This document shows positions 29,652 to 39,225 of a DNA stretch of 64,000 nucleotides, in pieces. A model generated the notes under the pieces. The model was not told where the DNA came from. It did not search any database and was given only the letters and a program-made list of their open reading frames with translations. Position numbers and translations under genes: made by a program. Source of the stretch: Candidatus Hodarchaeota archaeon (GTDB lineage: Archaea; Asgardarchaeota; Lokiarchaeia; Sigyniarchaeales; SOKP01). Location of the stretch: NCBI GenBank assembly GCA_048886685.1, contig JBHLKM010000011.1:15115-79114 (forward strand). The letters run 5' to 3'. Each line of letters opens with the position of its first letter. The first letter of the stretch is position 1.

Positions 29652-30599
29652 GTGAGAAATATGAAAGTTGCTGCAATCCAAATGAAAGCAGAATTGGGAA
29701 ATGTAAAGGCAAATTTAAAATCAGCTAACCGATTAGCAAGTACAGCTTTTAAGGAAGGCGCTGAATTGGTAATTTTACCTGAATTTTTTACGAGCGCAGT
29801 ATGTTTTCATCCAAAAATGTTAGATGTTGTCAGACCTATTAATGGAGAACCAATGCAATTTCTCAAAAAGCTTTCTAAAAAGTATAGTGGAATTATTGGA
29901 GGATCGTTTATTGCTTTGAGGGGAAATGAGAGTTATAATACTTTTACAGTAGTTTTCCCTGATGGTTCTACTTATTTTCATGATAAGGATCAGCCAACAA
30001 TGTGGGAAAATTGCTATTATATTGGTGGAACCGATGAGGGAGTACTTGAAACTCAAATAGGGAATATTGGTGCGGTGCTTTGTTGGGAATTTGTACGATC
30101 TCGAACGGCAACACGTCTATTAAATCGTGTGGATATAATTGTTGGAGGTTCTTGTTGGTGGTCTTTACCCGAACAACCATTTCCAGGAACTCCAACCGAA
30201 CTTCGAAATAAGACCTTAGAAATGATGATCGAAACACCAGGAAAGTTTGCTCGAATGTTAGGAGTTCATGTAATACATGCAGCTCACGCTGGAGATTTTA
30301 TTGGTGAAATGCCACTTATGCCAGATTTCGAATATAAGTCTTATTATGTAGGAGAAACTCAAATTGTGGATGGGAATGGGAAAATCCTTACTCGTATGAA
30401 ACGCGATGATGGTGAGGGATTCATTATTTCTGATATCGATATTAAAAAGAAGTGGGAATCATCAGAAGCTATCCCTGATCGCTTTTGGATACCAGATATG
30501 CCCCCAGAGGTAAATCAGGCTTGGGAATTACTAAATAACCATGGGGAATCATATTATCGTAAAACTACAAAACCTTACCAAGAGAAACATCCAATTTGA
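29652..30599 (+). CDS. Carbon-nitrogen hydrolase (nitrilase superfamily)
   Basis: LPEFF (Glu), HDK (Lys) and LCWE (Cys) catalytic triad. Confidence 0.88.
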   Translation: MRNMKVAAIQMKAELGNVKANLKSANRLASTAFKEGAELVILPEFFTSAVCFHPKMLDVVRPINGEPMQFLKKLSKKYSGIIGGSFIALRGNESYNTFTVVFPDGSTYFHDKDQPTMWENCYYIGGTDEGVLETQIGNIGAVLCWEFVRSRTATRLLNRVDIIVGGSCWWSLPEQPFPGTPTELRNKTLEMMIETPGKFARMLGVHVIHAAHAGDFIGEMPLMPDFEYKSYYVGETQIVDGNGKILTRMKRDDGEGFIISDIDIKKKWESSEAIPDRFWIPDMPPEVNQAWELLNNHGESYYRKTTKPYQEKHPI

Positions 30600-30631
30600 G
30601 AAAATGTTATGATTTATACATTATTTATCGG

Positions 30632-30832
30632 TTAATCCAATTTAGAAGTTTTACTCAAAAAAATTTCAGTCATTAGTGATTCAAGCAGGGGGATATCTTT
30701 TAAGTCAGCAACTTGACTCATCTTATCAAATTTCTCAAGATTTTGCCATATCGCTGAATTTTTTTGTATCCTTCCGATAAAGTCAGTCAATTTCTGTTTT
30801 GCAGGATAGCTCTGCCCTTTGAATAAATAGCT
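30632..30832 (-). pseudogene. C-terminal remnant of a TPR-longin paralog
   Basis: SYLFKGQSYPAKQKLTDFIGRIQKNSAIWQNLEKF...LKDIPLLESLMTEIFL aligns without gaps to the C-terminus of 18975..22352; no start codon. Confidence 0.85.
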
Positions 30833-31016
30833 GTTATAACATATTATTAAAGATCCTTGCTAAAGTTGTGTTTTGTTAAAATTAATAATCGAATTCTCTT
30901 AAAAAGGGGAAGATATTCCCATATTAATAATCTAAGAAAAATTTATATGACAAAGGAATCTACACAAATTAATAGTTTAATCAAATTATTGTATCCACAG
31001 AAAGAGTTAGAGAATT

Positions 31017-32309
31017 TTGGCGCAAAAAAATATTTATGAATATGAAGCTAAAATGCTTTTGGCAAAAGAATTGCCAAAATATTATCCAGAGTTTAAATAT
31101 CATAATAAATTGGCTATTGCGGAATCTGATACTGATTTAGAACAATTAGTTAAAGATAATCCATGGATTGAGACAGAAAAGGTAGTTGTTAAACCTGATC
31201 AATTATTTGGGAAAAGAGGAAAAGCCAACTTATTATTACTTGATGCTAATTATGATGAGATGAAACAATTTTGTGTTGATAATTTAGATAAAGTATACGA
31301 AATTGGGAACATTAGGGGTAAGTTAAAACGCCTCCTTATCGAACCATTTATTCCTCATGAAACAGAATATTATGTTTCTATTACATCTGATAGGGAAAAT
31401 GATATTATCCACTTTAGTTTCGAAGGGGGGATTTTTGTTGAGGAAAATTGGGACAAAGTAATTCATATACCCATTCCCCTTGGAACAGATATCAATTCAT
31501 TTGACTTAGAAGGAAAATTATCAGATTTAGGTGAATACAAGGATGTTTTAATTCTTTTTATAAAAGCTCTTTTTCAAGTTTATGTTGATCAAGATTTTGC
31601 TTTCCTTGAAATTAATCCATTTGCGATAACTGAAGAAAAGAAAATAGTTCCTTTAGATGTAAAAGCCCGATTGGATGATACCGCAGCATTTTTACACAGT
31701 GATACATGGGGAAATCCAGATAATCCGATAGAATTTCCATCAGGATTTGGTCAGACTATGTCGGAAGAAGAAGCTATGATTCATGAATTAGATGAAAAAA
31801 CTGGAGCATCTCTAAAATTAACAGTTTTAAATAGAGAAGGGCGAGTATGGACCATGGTGGCGGGAGGCGGTGCTTCAGTTATTTATACGGATACTGTAGT
31901 TGATCTTGGATTTGGAAATGAATTAGGGAATTATGGTGAATACAGTGGTAATCCTTCACGAGAACATACAGAAATCTATGCTCAAACAATAATAGATTTA
32001 ATAACAGAAAAACCAGATCCACAAGGAAAACCAAAGTATCTTATTATTGGAGGGGGAATCGCTAACTTTACTGATGTAAAAGCAACTTTCACAGGGATAG
32101 TGAGTGCTATTAAGAATTCTGTAGATAAATTGAAGAGAGCGAATGTTAAAATACTCGTACGCCGTGGAGGACCTAATGAGAAACAAGGTTTAGAACTGAT
32201 GAAACAAGTCGGTGAAGACACCGGAATCCCAATTGAGGTTTATGATAGATATACACACATGACCAGAGTGGTTGAACTAATTAAAAAAGCAGAAAAGGGT
32301 AAAACCTAA
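31017..32309 (+). CDS. aclB: ATP-citrate lyase, ATP-grasp/citrate-binding subunit
   Basis: KPDQLFGKRGK, MVAGGGASV, NYGEYSGNP and GGGIANFTDV; TTG start. Confidence 0.93.
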   Translation: MAQKNIYEYEAKMLLAKELPKYYPEFKYHNKLAIAESDTDLEQLVKDNPWIETEKVVVKPDQLFGKRGKANLLLLDANYDEMKQFCVDNLDKVYEIGNIRGKLKRLLIEPFIPHETEYYVSITSDRENDIIHFSFEGGIFVEENWDKVIHIPIPLGTDINSFDLEGKLSDLGEYKDVLILFIKALFQVYVDQDFAFLEINPFAITEEKKIVPLDVKARLDDTAAFLHSDTWGNPDNPIEFPSGFGQTMSEEEAMIHELDEKTGASLKLTVLNREGRVWTMVAGGGASVIYTDTVVDLGFGNELGNYGEYSGNPSREHTEIYAQTIIDLITEKPDPQGKPKYLIIGGGIANFTDVKATFTGIVSAIKNSVDKLKRANVKILVRRGGPNEKQGLELMKQVGEDTGIPIEVYDRYTHMTRVVELIKKAEKGKT

Positions 32310-32312
32310 AAA

Positions 32313-32319
32313 GGAGGAG
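32313..32319 (+). promoter_or_regulatory. Shine-Dalgarno site upstream of aclA
   Basis: GGAGGAG 8 nt before the ATG at 32328. Confidence 0.6.
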
Positions 32320-32327
32320 ATATCAAA

Positions 32328-34163
32328 ATGGAAGATTACGATTTGTTTGATAAAAATACACAAGCCATTATTTATGGTTTTCAAGCAAGAGCCATACAAA
32401 GAATGTTAGATTTTGATTACGTTTGTAAAAGAGAAAAACCATCAGTTGCAGCAGTAATTCGCCCAACTCAAGCTGCTGCTGTTGCGTACCACAAAGTATT
32501 TTGGGGATCAAATGAAATTGTTGTTCCCGTATATAAAACCCTCCAGTTAACCATTAAAAACCATCCTAATGCTGATGTCATGGTAAATTTTGCTTCATTT
32601 CGATCTGCCTATCCCACAAGTAAAGAAGCGCTTGAATCTGAGACAATTCGGACAGTTGCCATTATCGCGGAGGGTATGCCAGAAAGACAGACTAGACATT
32701 TGATCAAGATTGCTAATGAAAGAAATAAAGTAATTATTGGTCCTGCAACGGTGGGTGGAATGAAAGCTGGTGCCTTTAAGATTGGAAACACTGCTGGAAC
32801 TATTGAAAATATAGAGTTATCCAGACTTTACAGGCCAGGTTCAGTTGGATTTGTATCTAAATCTGGTGGTTTATCTAATGAGATGAACTTCATGATTTCT
32901 CAAACTACTGATGGAATTTATGAAGGGATAGCAATTGGGGGAGATAGATACCCAGGTTCTCAATTAATTGATCATCTATTGCGTTATGAAGTTAATCCTA
33001 ATATTAAAATGCTAGTTGCATTAGGAGAAATTGGTGGGAAAGATGAATATGCTATTGTTGATGCAATTAAAACCGGAAAAATAACTAAACCTTTGGTTAT
33101 TTGGGTTGCAGGAACAGGTGCGAAAATATTGCCAGCTGGATTACAATTCGGACATGCTGGTGCTATGGCGGGGAGTGATATGGAGACTGCTGAAGCAAAA
33201 AATAAAGCTTTAAAAGAAGCTGGAGCAATTGTACCTGATTCATATGAAGATTTAGACAAATTGATAAGGCAAACTTTTGATAAATTAGTACAGGAAGGAA
33301 AAGCAAAACCCGCGGAAGAATTTGAACCACCAAAAATACCTCTTGATTTTAACGATGCGACAAGATTAGGTTTAGTAAGACGCCCAACTGATGTTGTGGT
33401 AACTATAAGTGATGATCGTGGTGAAATAGTAACATTTAATCAAGTACCACTTGATAAGATTATAAGAGAAAATAAATCGTTAGGCTATGTTATTGGTTTG
33501 CTCTGGTTTAAACGTGAGTTACCAGAATTTGCGCAGCAGTATATTGAAATGGTTATAAAGTTAACTGCTGATCATGGTCCTGCTGTTTCAGGAGCGCATA
33601 ATGCAATAATTACAGCTAGAGCGGGAAAAGACTTAATGTCTGCTTTAGCAAGTGGAATTCTCACGATTGGTCCTCGATTTGGTGGTGCAGTTTCAGATGC
33701 AGCTAAATATTTCAGAGAAGCAATGCAAAAAGGAATGACTCCTGTTGAATTTATGAATTATATGAAGGATGTTGCAAAAATAAACATTCCGGGAATTGGT
33801 CACAGAGTCAAGTCAGTTCAAAATCCCGATATGCGTGTTGTTTTGTTAAAAGAATTTATATTCAAGAACTTTCCGAAGCATCCTCATTTGGATTACGCTT
33901 TAGAAGTTGAAAAAGCTACAACCTCAAAGCGAAATAATCTTATACTAAATGTTGATGGTTGTATTGGGATTACTTTTTTAGATTTATTGGAAAACTTAGA
34001 TTATACCAGAGAAGAAATTGAAGATGTAATTTATAGTGAAGCTTTAAATGGTCTCTTCGTTTTAGGAAGATCCATTGGAATGATGGGGCATATCTTTGAT
34101 CAGAAACGTCAAAGAGCAGGTTTATTCCGCCAACCTTATGATGAAATATTATTTACCGAATAA
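32328..34163 (+). CDS. aclA: ATP-citrate lyase, CoA-binding/citryl-CoA lyase subunit
   Basis: MLDFDY, NFASFRSA, GPATVGG, FGHAGA, DHGPAVSGAHN, GIGHRVK and NVDG. Confidence 0.95.
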   Translation: MEDYDLFDKNTQAIIYGFQARAIQRMLDFDYVCKREKPSVAAVIRPTQAAAVAYHKVFWGSNEIVVPVYKTLQLTIKNHPNADVMVNFASFRSAYPTSKEALESETIRTVAIIAEGMPERQTRHLIKIANERNKVIIGPATVGGMKAGAFKIGNTAGTIENIELSRLYRPGSVGFVSKSGGLSNEMNFMISQTTDGIYEGIAIGGDRYPGSQLIDHLLRYEVNPNIKMLVALGEIGGKDEYAIVDAIKTGKITKPLVIWVAGTGAKILPAGLQFGHAGAMAGSDMETAEAKNKALKEAGAIVPDSYEDLDKLIRQTFDKLVQEGKAKPAEEFEPPKIPLDFNDATRLGLVRRPTDVVVTISDDRGEIVTFNQVPLDKIIRENKSLGYVIGLLWFKRELPEFAQQYIEMVIKLTADHGPAVSGAHNAIITARAGKDLMSALASGILTIGPRFGGAVSDAAKYFREAMQKGMTPVEFMNYMKDVAKINIPGIGHRVKSVQNPDMRVVLLKEFIFKNFPKHPHLDYALEVEKATTSKRNNLILNVDGCIGITFLDLLENLDYTREEIEDVIYSEALNGLFVLGRSIGMMGHIFDQKRQRAGLFRQPYDEILFTE

Positions 34164-34247
34164 TAATTTTTAAATTCAATTTTTTTATAATCAAAAATTA
34201 ATAAAAAAAGAAATTTTAAAAAAACCAAATATTTGGAGGAAATTTAA

Positions 34248-35438
34248 ATGACTGATATAGTTGAAAACGCAGTAAAACATTTTGAGACTCTTGTTAAAGA
34301 GCAATTAGAACGAGTCGAGAGAATGAAAAAGGCTGCAGATTGGACAGACTATTCCAAATTAAAACCGATTATTATTGGAATTGTTGGAGGGGATGGAATT
34401 GGACCATACATTACGAAACATGCTCATAAGATTTTAGATTTTTTACTTAAAGATGAAGTAGATAGTGGGGCTGTAGAATTTAGAGTTATTGAAGGATTGA
34501 CTATTGAAAATCGAGCAAAAGTAATGAAGGCTATTCCTGATGATGTTCTAGAGGAAATAAAGAGATGTCATGTCTTATTAAAGGGTCCAACTACTACACC
34601 ACGGAAAGGCGATAAATGGCCAAATATCGAAAGTGCTAATGTAACAATGAGACGTGAGTTAGATTTATTCGCCAATGTACGCCCTGTGAAAGTTCCAGAA
34701 TTAGGAATAGATTGGATGTTCTTCAGAGAAAATACTGAAGGTGCTTATGTATTAGGATCAAAAGGAATTAACATTTCTGATGATTTATCCATTGATTTCA
34801 AAGTGATAACAAAACAAGGTTCAGATAGAATTATTCGTCTAGCGTTTGATTACGCAGCTAAAAACAATATAAACCGTGTATCTGTAGTAACAAAAGCAAA
34901 TGTCGTAAAAGCTACAGATGGTAGATTTCTCGCCATGGCAGAAGAAATCGCTAAAGAATATCCCCAAGTAAAATGGGATGATTGGTATATAGATATCGCT
35001 ACTGCAAAACTCGTTGATCCTGCACGTCAAAAAGATTTTAAAGTATTTGTTGCCCCTAATCTTTATGGAGACATCATAACTGATGAAGCCGCTCAACTTC
35101 AAGGAGGAGTTGGAACAGCAGGGAGTGCAAATATAGGGAAAGAATATTCAATGTTTGAAGCTATTCATGGCTCAGCTCCTCGAATGATTGAGGAAGGAAG
35201 AGCTCAATACGCTGATCCTTCAAGTATCATAAAAGCTGCAGCACTACTTTTAAACCATATAGGATTTGTGGATAAAGCAAAACAACTTGAAATGGCTCTT
35301 GATATATGTGCAACTTATGAGAAGAAATTAAAAATGACTGGAAGAGATACCGGTGCTACAGGTGAAGAATTCGCAAAATATATTTTGGATACCCTACAAG
35401 ACCCAAACCTTGAAGAAAAATGGAATAAATATCAATAA
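34248..35438 (+). CDS. icd: Isocitrate dehydrogenase (isocitrate/isopropylmalate family)
   Basis: GDGIGP, KGPTTTP, ESANVTMRR, RENTEG, NLYGDIITD and EAIHGSAP; directly follows aclBA. Confidence 0.82.
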   Translation: MTDIVENAVKHFETLVKEQLERVERMKKAADWTDYSKLKPIIIGIVGGDGIGPYITKHAHKILDFLLKDEVDSGAVEFRVIEGLTIENRAKVMKAIPDDVLEEIKRCHVLLKGPTTTPRKGDKWPNIESANVTMRRELDLFANVRPVKVPELGIDWMFFRENTEGAYVLGSKGINISDDLSIDFKVITKQGSDRIIRLAFDYAAKNNINRVSVVTKANVVKATDGRFLAMAEEIAKEYPQVKWDDWYIDIATAKLVDPARQKDFKVFVAPNLYGDIITDEAAQLQGGVGTAGSANIGKEYSMFEAIHGSAPRMIEEGRAQYADPSSIIKAAALLLNHIGFVDKAKQLEMALDICATYEKKLKMTGRDTGATGEEFAKYILDTLQDPNLEEKWNKYQ

Positions 35439-35537
35439 TTATAATTTTATTGTCAAATTTTTTTATTCTTTTTTTAAATTGAATATAAATCTAATTAGAT
35501 AAGGAAACAAAATTCTTTTATTGGGTTTTATTAGGAT

Positions 35538-35884
35538 TTAGTATTTTATGATATTTATACCTTCAATTCTCTCAAAATGACTTATATTTCTAGTTATTAT
35601 ATCCTTAATCCCATTTGTTAACATGATACTAGCAATTAGAATACCATTATCATCTATTCTTTGTCCTTGGGAATCTAAAATATCATAAATCTCAGCTGCC
35701 CTTTCAGCTTCTTTATATCCTAAAGCAAAGATCTAGTTCTTTCAAACCCAATATTCATTTCATAGACAGTAATAGAAGTAATATGAATCAGATCTTCTCG
35801 ATCTTCAATTGTTTTTTTGAATAAGCAAAATTCTTTTTTTTCTCTAAGTCCTCTAAAAAATTTATTATTTGATTCAATGTCATT
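35538..35884 (-). pseudogene. vapC: Degenerate VapC/PIN toxin
   Basis: One frame gives ITSITVYEMNIG; a shifted frame gives AAEIYDILDSQGQRIDDNGILIASIMLTNG...ITRNISHFERIEGINIIKY*. Frameshift near 35735. Confidence 0.7.
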
Positions 35885-36039
35885 GTAATTATGTATTGTT
35901 AAACTCCTTAAATATAATAATAGGAAAATTGTTTATTAATATTTTAGAATCAATTGCATTCTAAAAACAATTAAATAAAAAAAATCATAAAGCGATTGGC
36001 TATTTTTAATAAATTATAATAGTCTTGAGTTTATATCAA

Positions 36040-36357
36040 TTAGTAATTAATTTCATTCATAATTTCGTAATGCTGTGAGAATTTATCATGTCTTAAAAGA
36101 ATTTCTTTTGCTTTTTGAGGAACAAAGGATTTCTGATACTCTTCCCCGGCAAATTTTTTAACGGCATCTAAATTATCAAATACCATTATAGTAATAAATT
36201 CAACCTCATTTTCTAAGGGGCGTCTTAAAAGAATTATTTTTTTATATCCTTTTATGTTTCGATTTTCAATAGATGGAAATATTTCTTTTCTCAATAGGTC
36301 TTCATATATATCAGCATTTTCAAATGAAGTCCAACCATGCCAGATTCTTGCTATCAT
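36040..36357 (-). CDS. ABM-like dimeric alpha/beta barrel protein
   Basis: MIARIWHGWT...FDNLDAVKKFAGEEY pattern. Confidence 0.75.
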   Translation of the reverse strand: MIARIWHGWTSFENADIYEDLLRKEIFPSIENRNIKGYKKIILLRRPLENEVEFITIMVFDNLDAVKKFAGEEYQKSFVPQKAKEILLRHDKFSQHYEIMNEINY

Positions 36358-36415
36358 TTTTTAGATGTGTTTATTTATAATTTTTAATGAGATTACGCTT
36401 AAAGATATATTTTTT

Positions 36416-36838
36416 CTATACAATAGGATCGATTATTTCAAGATTTGGAATTTTTTTAAATATATTATCATGGGTACATATCTTCATGATTTGATTCATT
36501 TCTAGAAATGAAAGGATTGTTGCATCTCTTCCTCCTATTCCAGTGTGAGAGTATTTACACAATGTTGAGAAAATGAGATCTAGATCTTCGAATTCTAAAT
36601 TTCCAACAATAAAATCTATTGATGAAAATAATTCCCATTTCTCTTTAGCTATTTCTGATCCCAATCTTTTGACTAAATAATGCATTACTTCCATCAATAC
36701 AAGTGTATTAACTGCTAAGAGGCCTTCATCATATAGATTATTGAAATGCTTTTTAACCAATTCGTGTTCAACTGTGGTTTTATCAAATAAATAGATCCAA
36801 TAGTTAGAATCCACAAAAATTATTGGTTTTTGGTCCAT
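36416..36838 (-). CDS. vapC: VapC/PIN domain toxin
   Basis: FVDSN, LMEV, GRDATI and THD acidic PIN motifs; overlaps the antitoxin gene. Confidence 0.88.
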   Translation of the reverse strand: MDQKPIIFVDSNYWIYLFDKTTVEHELVKKHFNNLYDEGLLAVNTLVLMEVMHYLVKRLGSEIAKEKWELFSSIDFIVGNLEFEDLDLIFSTLCKYSHTGIGGRDATILSFLEMNQIMKICTHDNIFKKIPNLEIIDPIV

Positions 36839-37062
36839 ATGCTTTTAATCATCTCTGGTGTTAGTTTTTCTTCTAATGGAGTTGTTATGCATCCCACAAG
36901 TTTATCGAATATTTCTTCTTTTGAGGGGCTTTTCTTAATATTAATTGAATTATCCGGATTAACCTTAATAGTTAACTTATCACCTGGCTGTATTAGTAAT
37001 TTTTCACGTATTTTTGAAGGCAATGTTAAACGACCACGTTCATCAATTTCAACCTTTCCCAT
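36820..37062 (-). CDS. vapB: AbrB/MazE-family antitoxin
   Basis: MGKVEIDERGRLTLPSKIREKLLIQPGD; the start is probably 37062 or 37074 rather than 37134. Confidence 0.88.
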   Translation of the reverse strand: MGKVEIDERGRLTLPSKIREKLLIQPGDKLTIKVNPDNSINIKKSPSKEEIFDKLVGCITTPLEEKLTPEMIKSIWTKNQ

Positions 37063-37211
37063 ATAATCGCCCATAATATTTATATCTGTACGAAATGTAA
37101 GTCTGCAATGTGTGGGTTGTTTTTCCCTTTTCAACCAATAACTATTAGTACAAATCCCAAATTAATTATTATATAATACTATAAAGAACACTTTAAGAAT
37201 GGTTTTTATCA

Positions 37212-38552
37212 ATGAAGAAAAAGAGAGTAATTATAATTGGTGCTCTTGGAATGGATTTTCATGTTTTTAATACTGTTTTCAGGGATAATGAAGAATATGA
37301 CGTAGTGGCTTTTACTATTGCGGGAGAGCAAAACATTGGTACTACTGAAGAAGCTGAACGAAGATTTCCGGCTAAATTAGCAGGGAAATTATATCCAAAT
37401 GGAATTCCGATGGTATCAGAAGATTTACTCGAAGATTTAATTAAAAAACATAACGTTGATGAGGTTGTTTTCGCGTATTCAGATGTTTCTCATGAAGAAG
37501 TTATGCATAAAGCTTCCAGAGCCCTTGCTGCAGGAGCAAATTATCGATTAATTTCTGGAAGATTCACTCAATTAAAAGCGAATAAACCTGTAGTTGCTAT
37601 ATGTGCAGTAAGAACAGGTTGTGGCAAGAGTCAAGTTTCTCGAGCTACATATCGATATTTAAAGAGTAAAGGATACAAAGTTGTAGCTATTCGCGAGCCA
37701 ATGCCTTATGGTAATTTAATTCAACAAAATGTCATGCGATTCGAAAAATATGAAGATTTAGATAAATACGATTGCACCATTGAAGAGCGTGAAGAATATG
37801 AACCTTATATAAGACAAGGATTAGTAATTTATTCTGGAGTTGACTATGAAAAAATAATAAGAGAAGCAGAAAAAGAATCGGATGTTATTATTTTTGATGG
37901 GGGAAATAATGAGATTTCTTTCTATCTTACGGATTTACTATTCGTTGTTGTCGATCCTTTAAGACCAGGACACGAAAACAAATATCATCCAGGAGAAGTA
38001 AATGCTAAATATGCTGATGTTTTTGTAATTAACAAGATGAATAGTGCGAAACAAGAAGATGTTAAAATTGTGGAAAAAAATCTTGATGAATTAAACCCAA
38101 ATGCTATAAAAGTTTATACTAATTCGTTAGTTAAAGCAGAAGATCCATTAAGATTAAAGGGGAAAAAAGTTGTAGTTGTAGAAGATGGTCCTACTTTAAC
38201 TCATGGAGGGATGTCGATTGGCGCTGCATATGTTGCTGCTAAAAATGCAGAAGCAAAAATAATAGATCCTAGAAAATTTTTGGTGGGATCCATGAAGGAT
38301 GTTTTCGAAGATTTCCCTCAAATAACACAGATTGTACCTGCTATGGGTTACACTGACCAACAAATAGAAGATTTAGAGAAAACACTTAATAATGTGAAAG
38401 CAGATATAATCTTGAATGGAAGTCCTATAGATTTAAACAAATTAGTCAAGGTAAATAAACCAATTGTAAAAGTATCATATGATATCGAATCAATAGGAAG
38501 TCCTACGATTGAAGAATTGCTTGATGATTTTATTAATAAATTCTTAGAATAA
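37212..38552 (+). CDS. arcE: Arginine synthetase (ArcE) family P-loop NTPase, often annotated as GTPase or cDPG synthetase-like
   Basis: FAYSDVSH, AVRTGCGKS, PMPYG, TIEEREEYEP, DGGNN, VEDGPTLTHGGM and PAMGY; clustered with arcB and arcC with no deiminase. Confidence 0.8.
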   Translation: MKKKRVIIIGALGMDFHVFNTVFRDNEEYDVVAFTIAGEQNIGTTEEAERRFPAKLAGKLYPNGIPMVSEDLLEDLIKKHNVDEVVFAYSDVSHEEVMHKASRALAAGANYRLISGRFTQLKANKPVVAICAVRTGCGKSQVSRATYRYLKSKGYKVVAIREPMPYGNLIQQNVMRFEKYEDLDKYDCTIEEREEYEPYIRQGLVIYSGVDYEKIIREAEKESDVIIFDGGNNEISFYLTDLLFVVVDPLRPGHENKYHPGEVNAKYADVFVINKMNSAKQEDVKIVEKNLDELNPNAIKVYTNSLVKAEDPLRLKGKKVVVVEDGPTLTHGGMSIGAAYVAAKNAEAKIIDPRKFLVGSMKDVFEDFPQITQIVPAMGYTDQQIEDLEKTLNNVKADIILNGSPIDLNKLVKVNKPIVKVSYDIESIGSPTIEELLDDFINKFLE

Positions 38553-38589
38553 TAGTAATTTTTGTTGGTTTATAAGCTGATTAATTTTT

Positions 38590-39093
38590 TTAGCCAGTCG
38601 TTATTTTGTAATGAATGTAAAAAACAAGCCCTATACAAAATACACCAAGATCCATTAATATAGCTCCAAATAATGTACTATACACACCAAGTCCTATGTT
38701 TACAGCATCATCAAAGAGAAGTGGCGTTCCTATAGAATTAGAGTACACGGCAGTCATTGGCCATCCAATGAAGTCTAAAATCCAATGACTAAAAACGAGA
38801 AATCCGATAATTATACTAATTTGATAGACTTCTGCATTCCACATTGATGAATTATTTTTATTTTCTTGGTTTTTTTTTGAATTGAGACGCATTTTAATAA
38901 GTGCCGTTATAATTATCGCTATTATTGACCAAAAAATGCTCATAAACAGCCCATGTGTAATCCATATTGCGAATAAAAATATAAAAGATAATAGATCAAT
39001 AAACATAACACTTATTAACAAAATCCAGAGGGAAACTTGAGGAGTGAAACGCTTTGCTGCTAATCCTATTCCAAAATGAGCTAAAGCAGGCAT
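38590..39093 (-). CDS. Membrane-bound metal-dependent hydrolase-like protein
   Basis: H near the N-terminus, then ID, THG and SHWILD motifs across 4-5 TM segments. Confidence 0.7.
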   Translation of the reverse strand: MPALAHFGIGLAAKRFTPQVSLWILLISVMFIDLLSFIFLFAIWITHGLFMSIFWSIIAIIITALIKMRLNSKKNQENKNNSSMWNAEVYQISIIIGFLVFSHWILDFIGWPMTAVYSNSIGTPLLFDDAVNIGLGVYSTLFGAILMDLGVFCIGLVFYIHYKITTG

Positions 39094-39225
39094 GTGATTT
39101 GAAAGGTTAAAATTATTTATAAAAATTATCTATTCTAAAATTTATTTGAATAATATTTAATTCAAAAGTCTCATTAAATCATCCATAATCTAAAATTTTG
39201 TTTTTAATTTAATAATTAGAACTGA

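Noticed and set aside
7543-35438. Claim of autotrophic reverse TCA carbon fixation
   Set aside because: 2-oxoglutarate:ferredoxin oxidoreductase and fumarate reductase are not in the window, ACL is reversible, and the context is heterotrophic.
37212-38552. Annotation as cyclic 2,3-diphosphoglycerate synthetase
   Set aside because: No 2-phosphoglycerate kinase nearby; the motifs and the arcB/arcC context favour ArcE.
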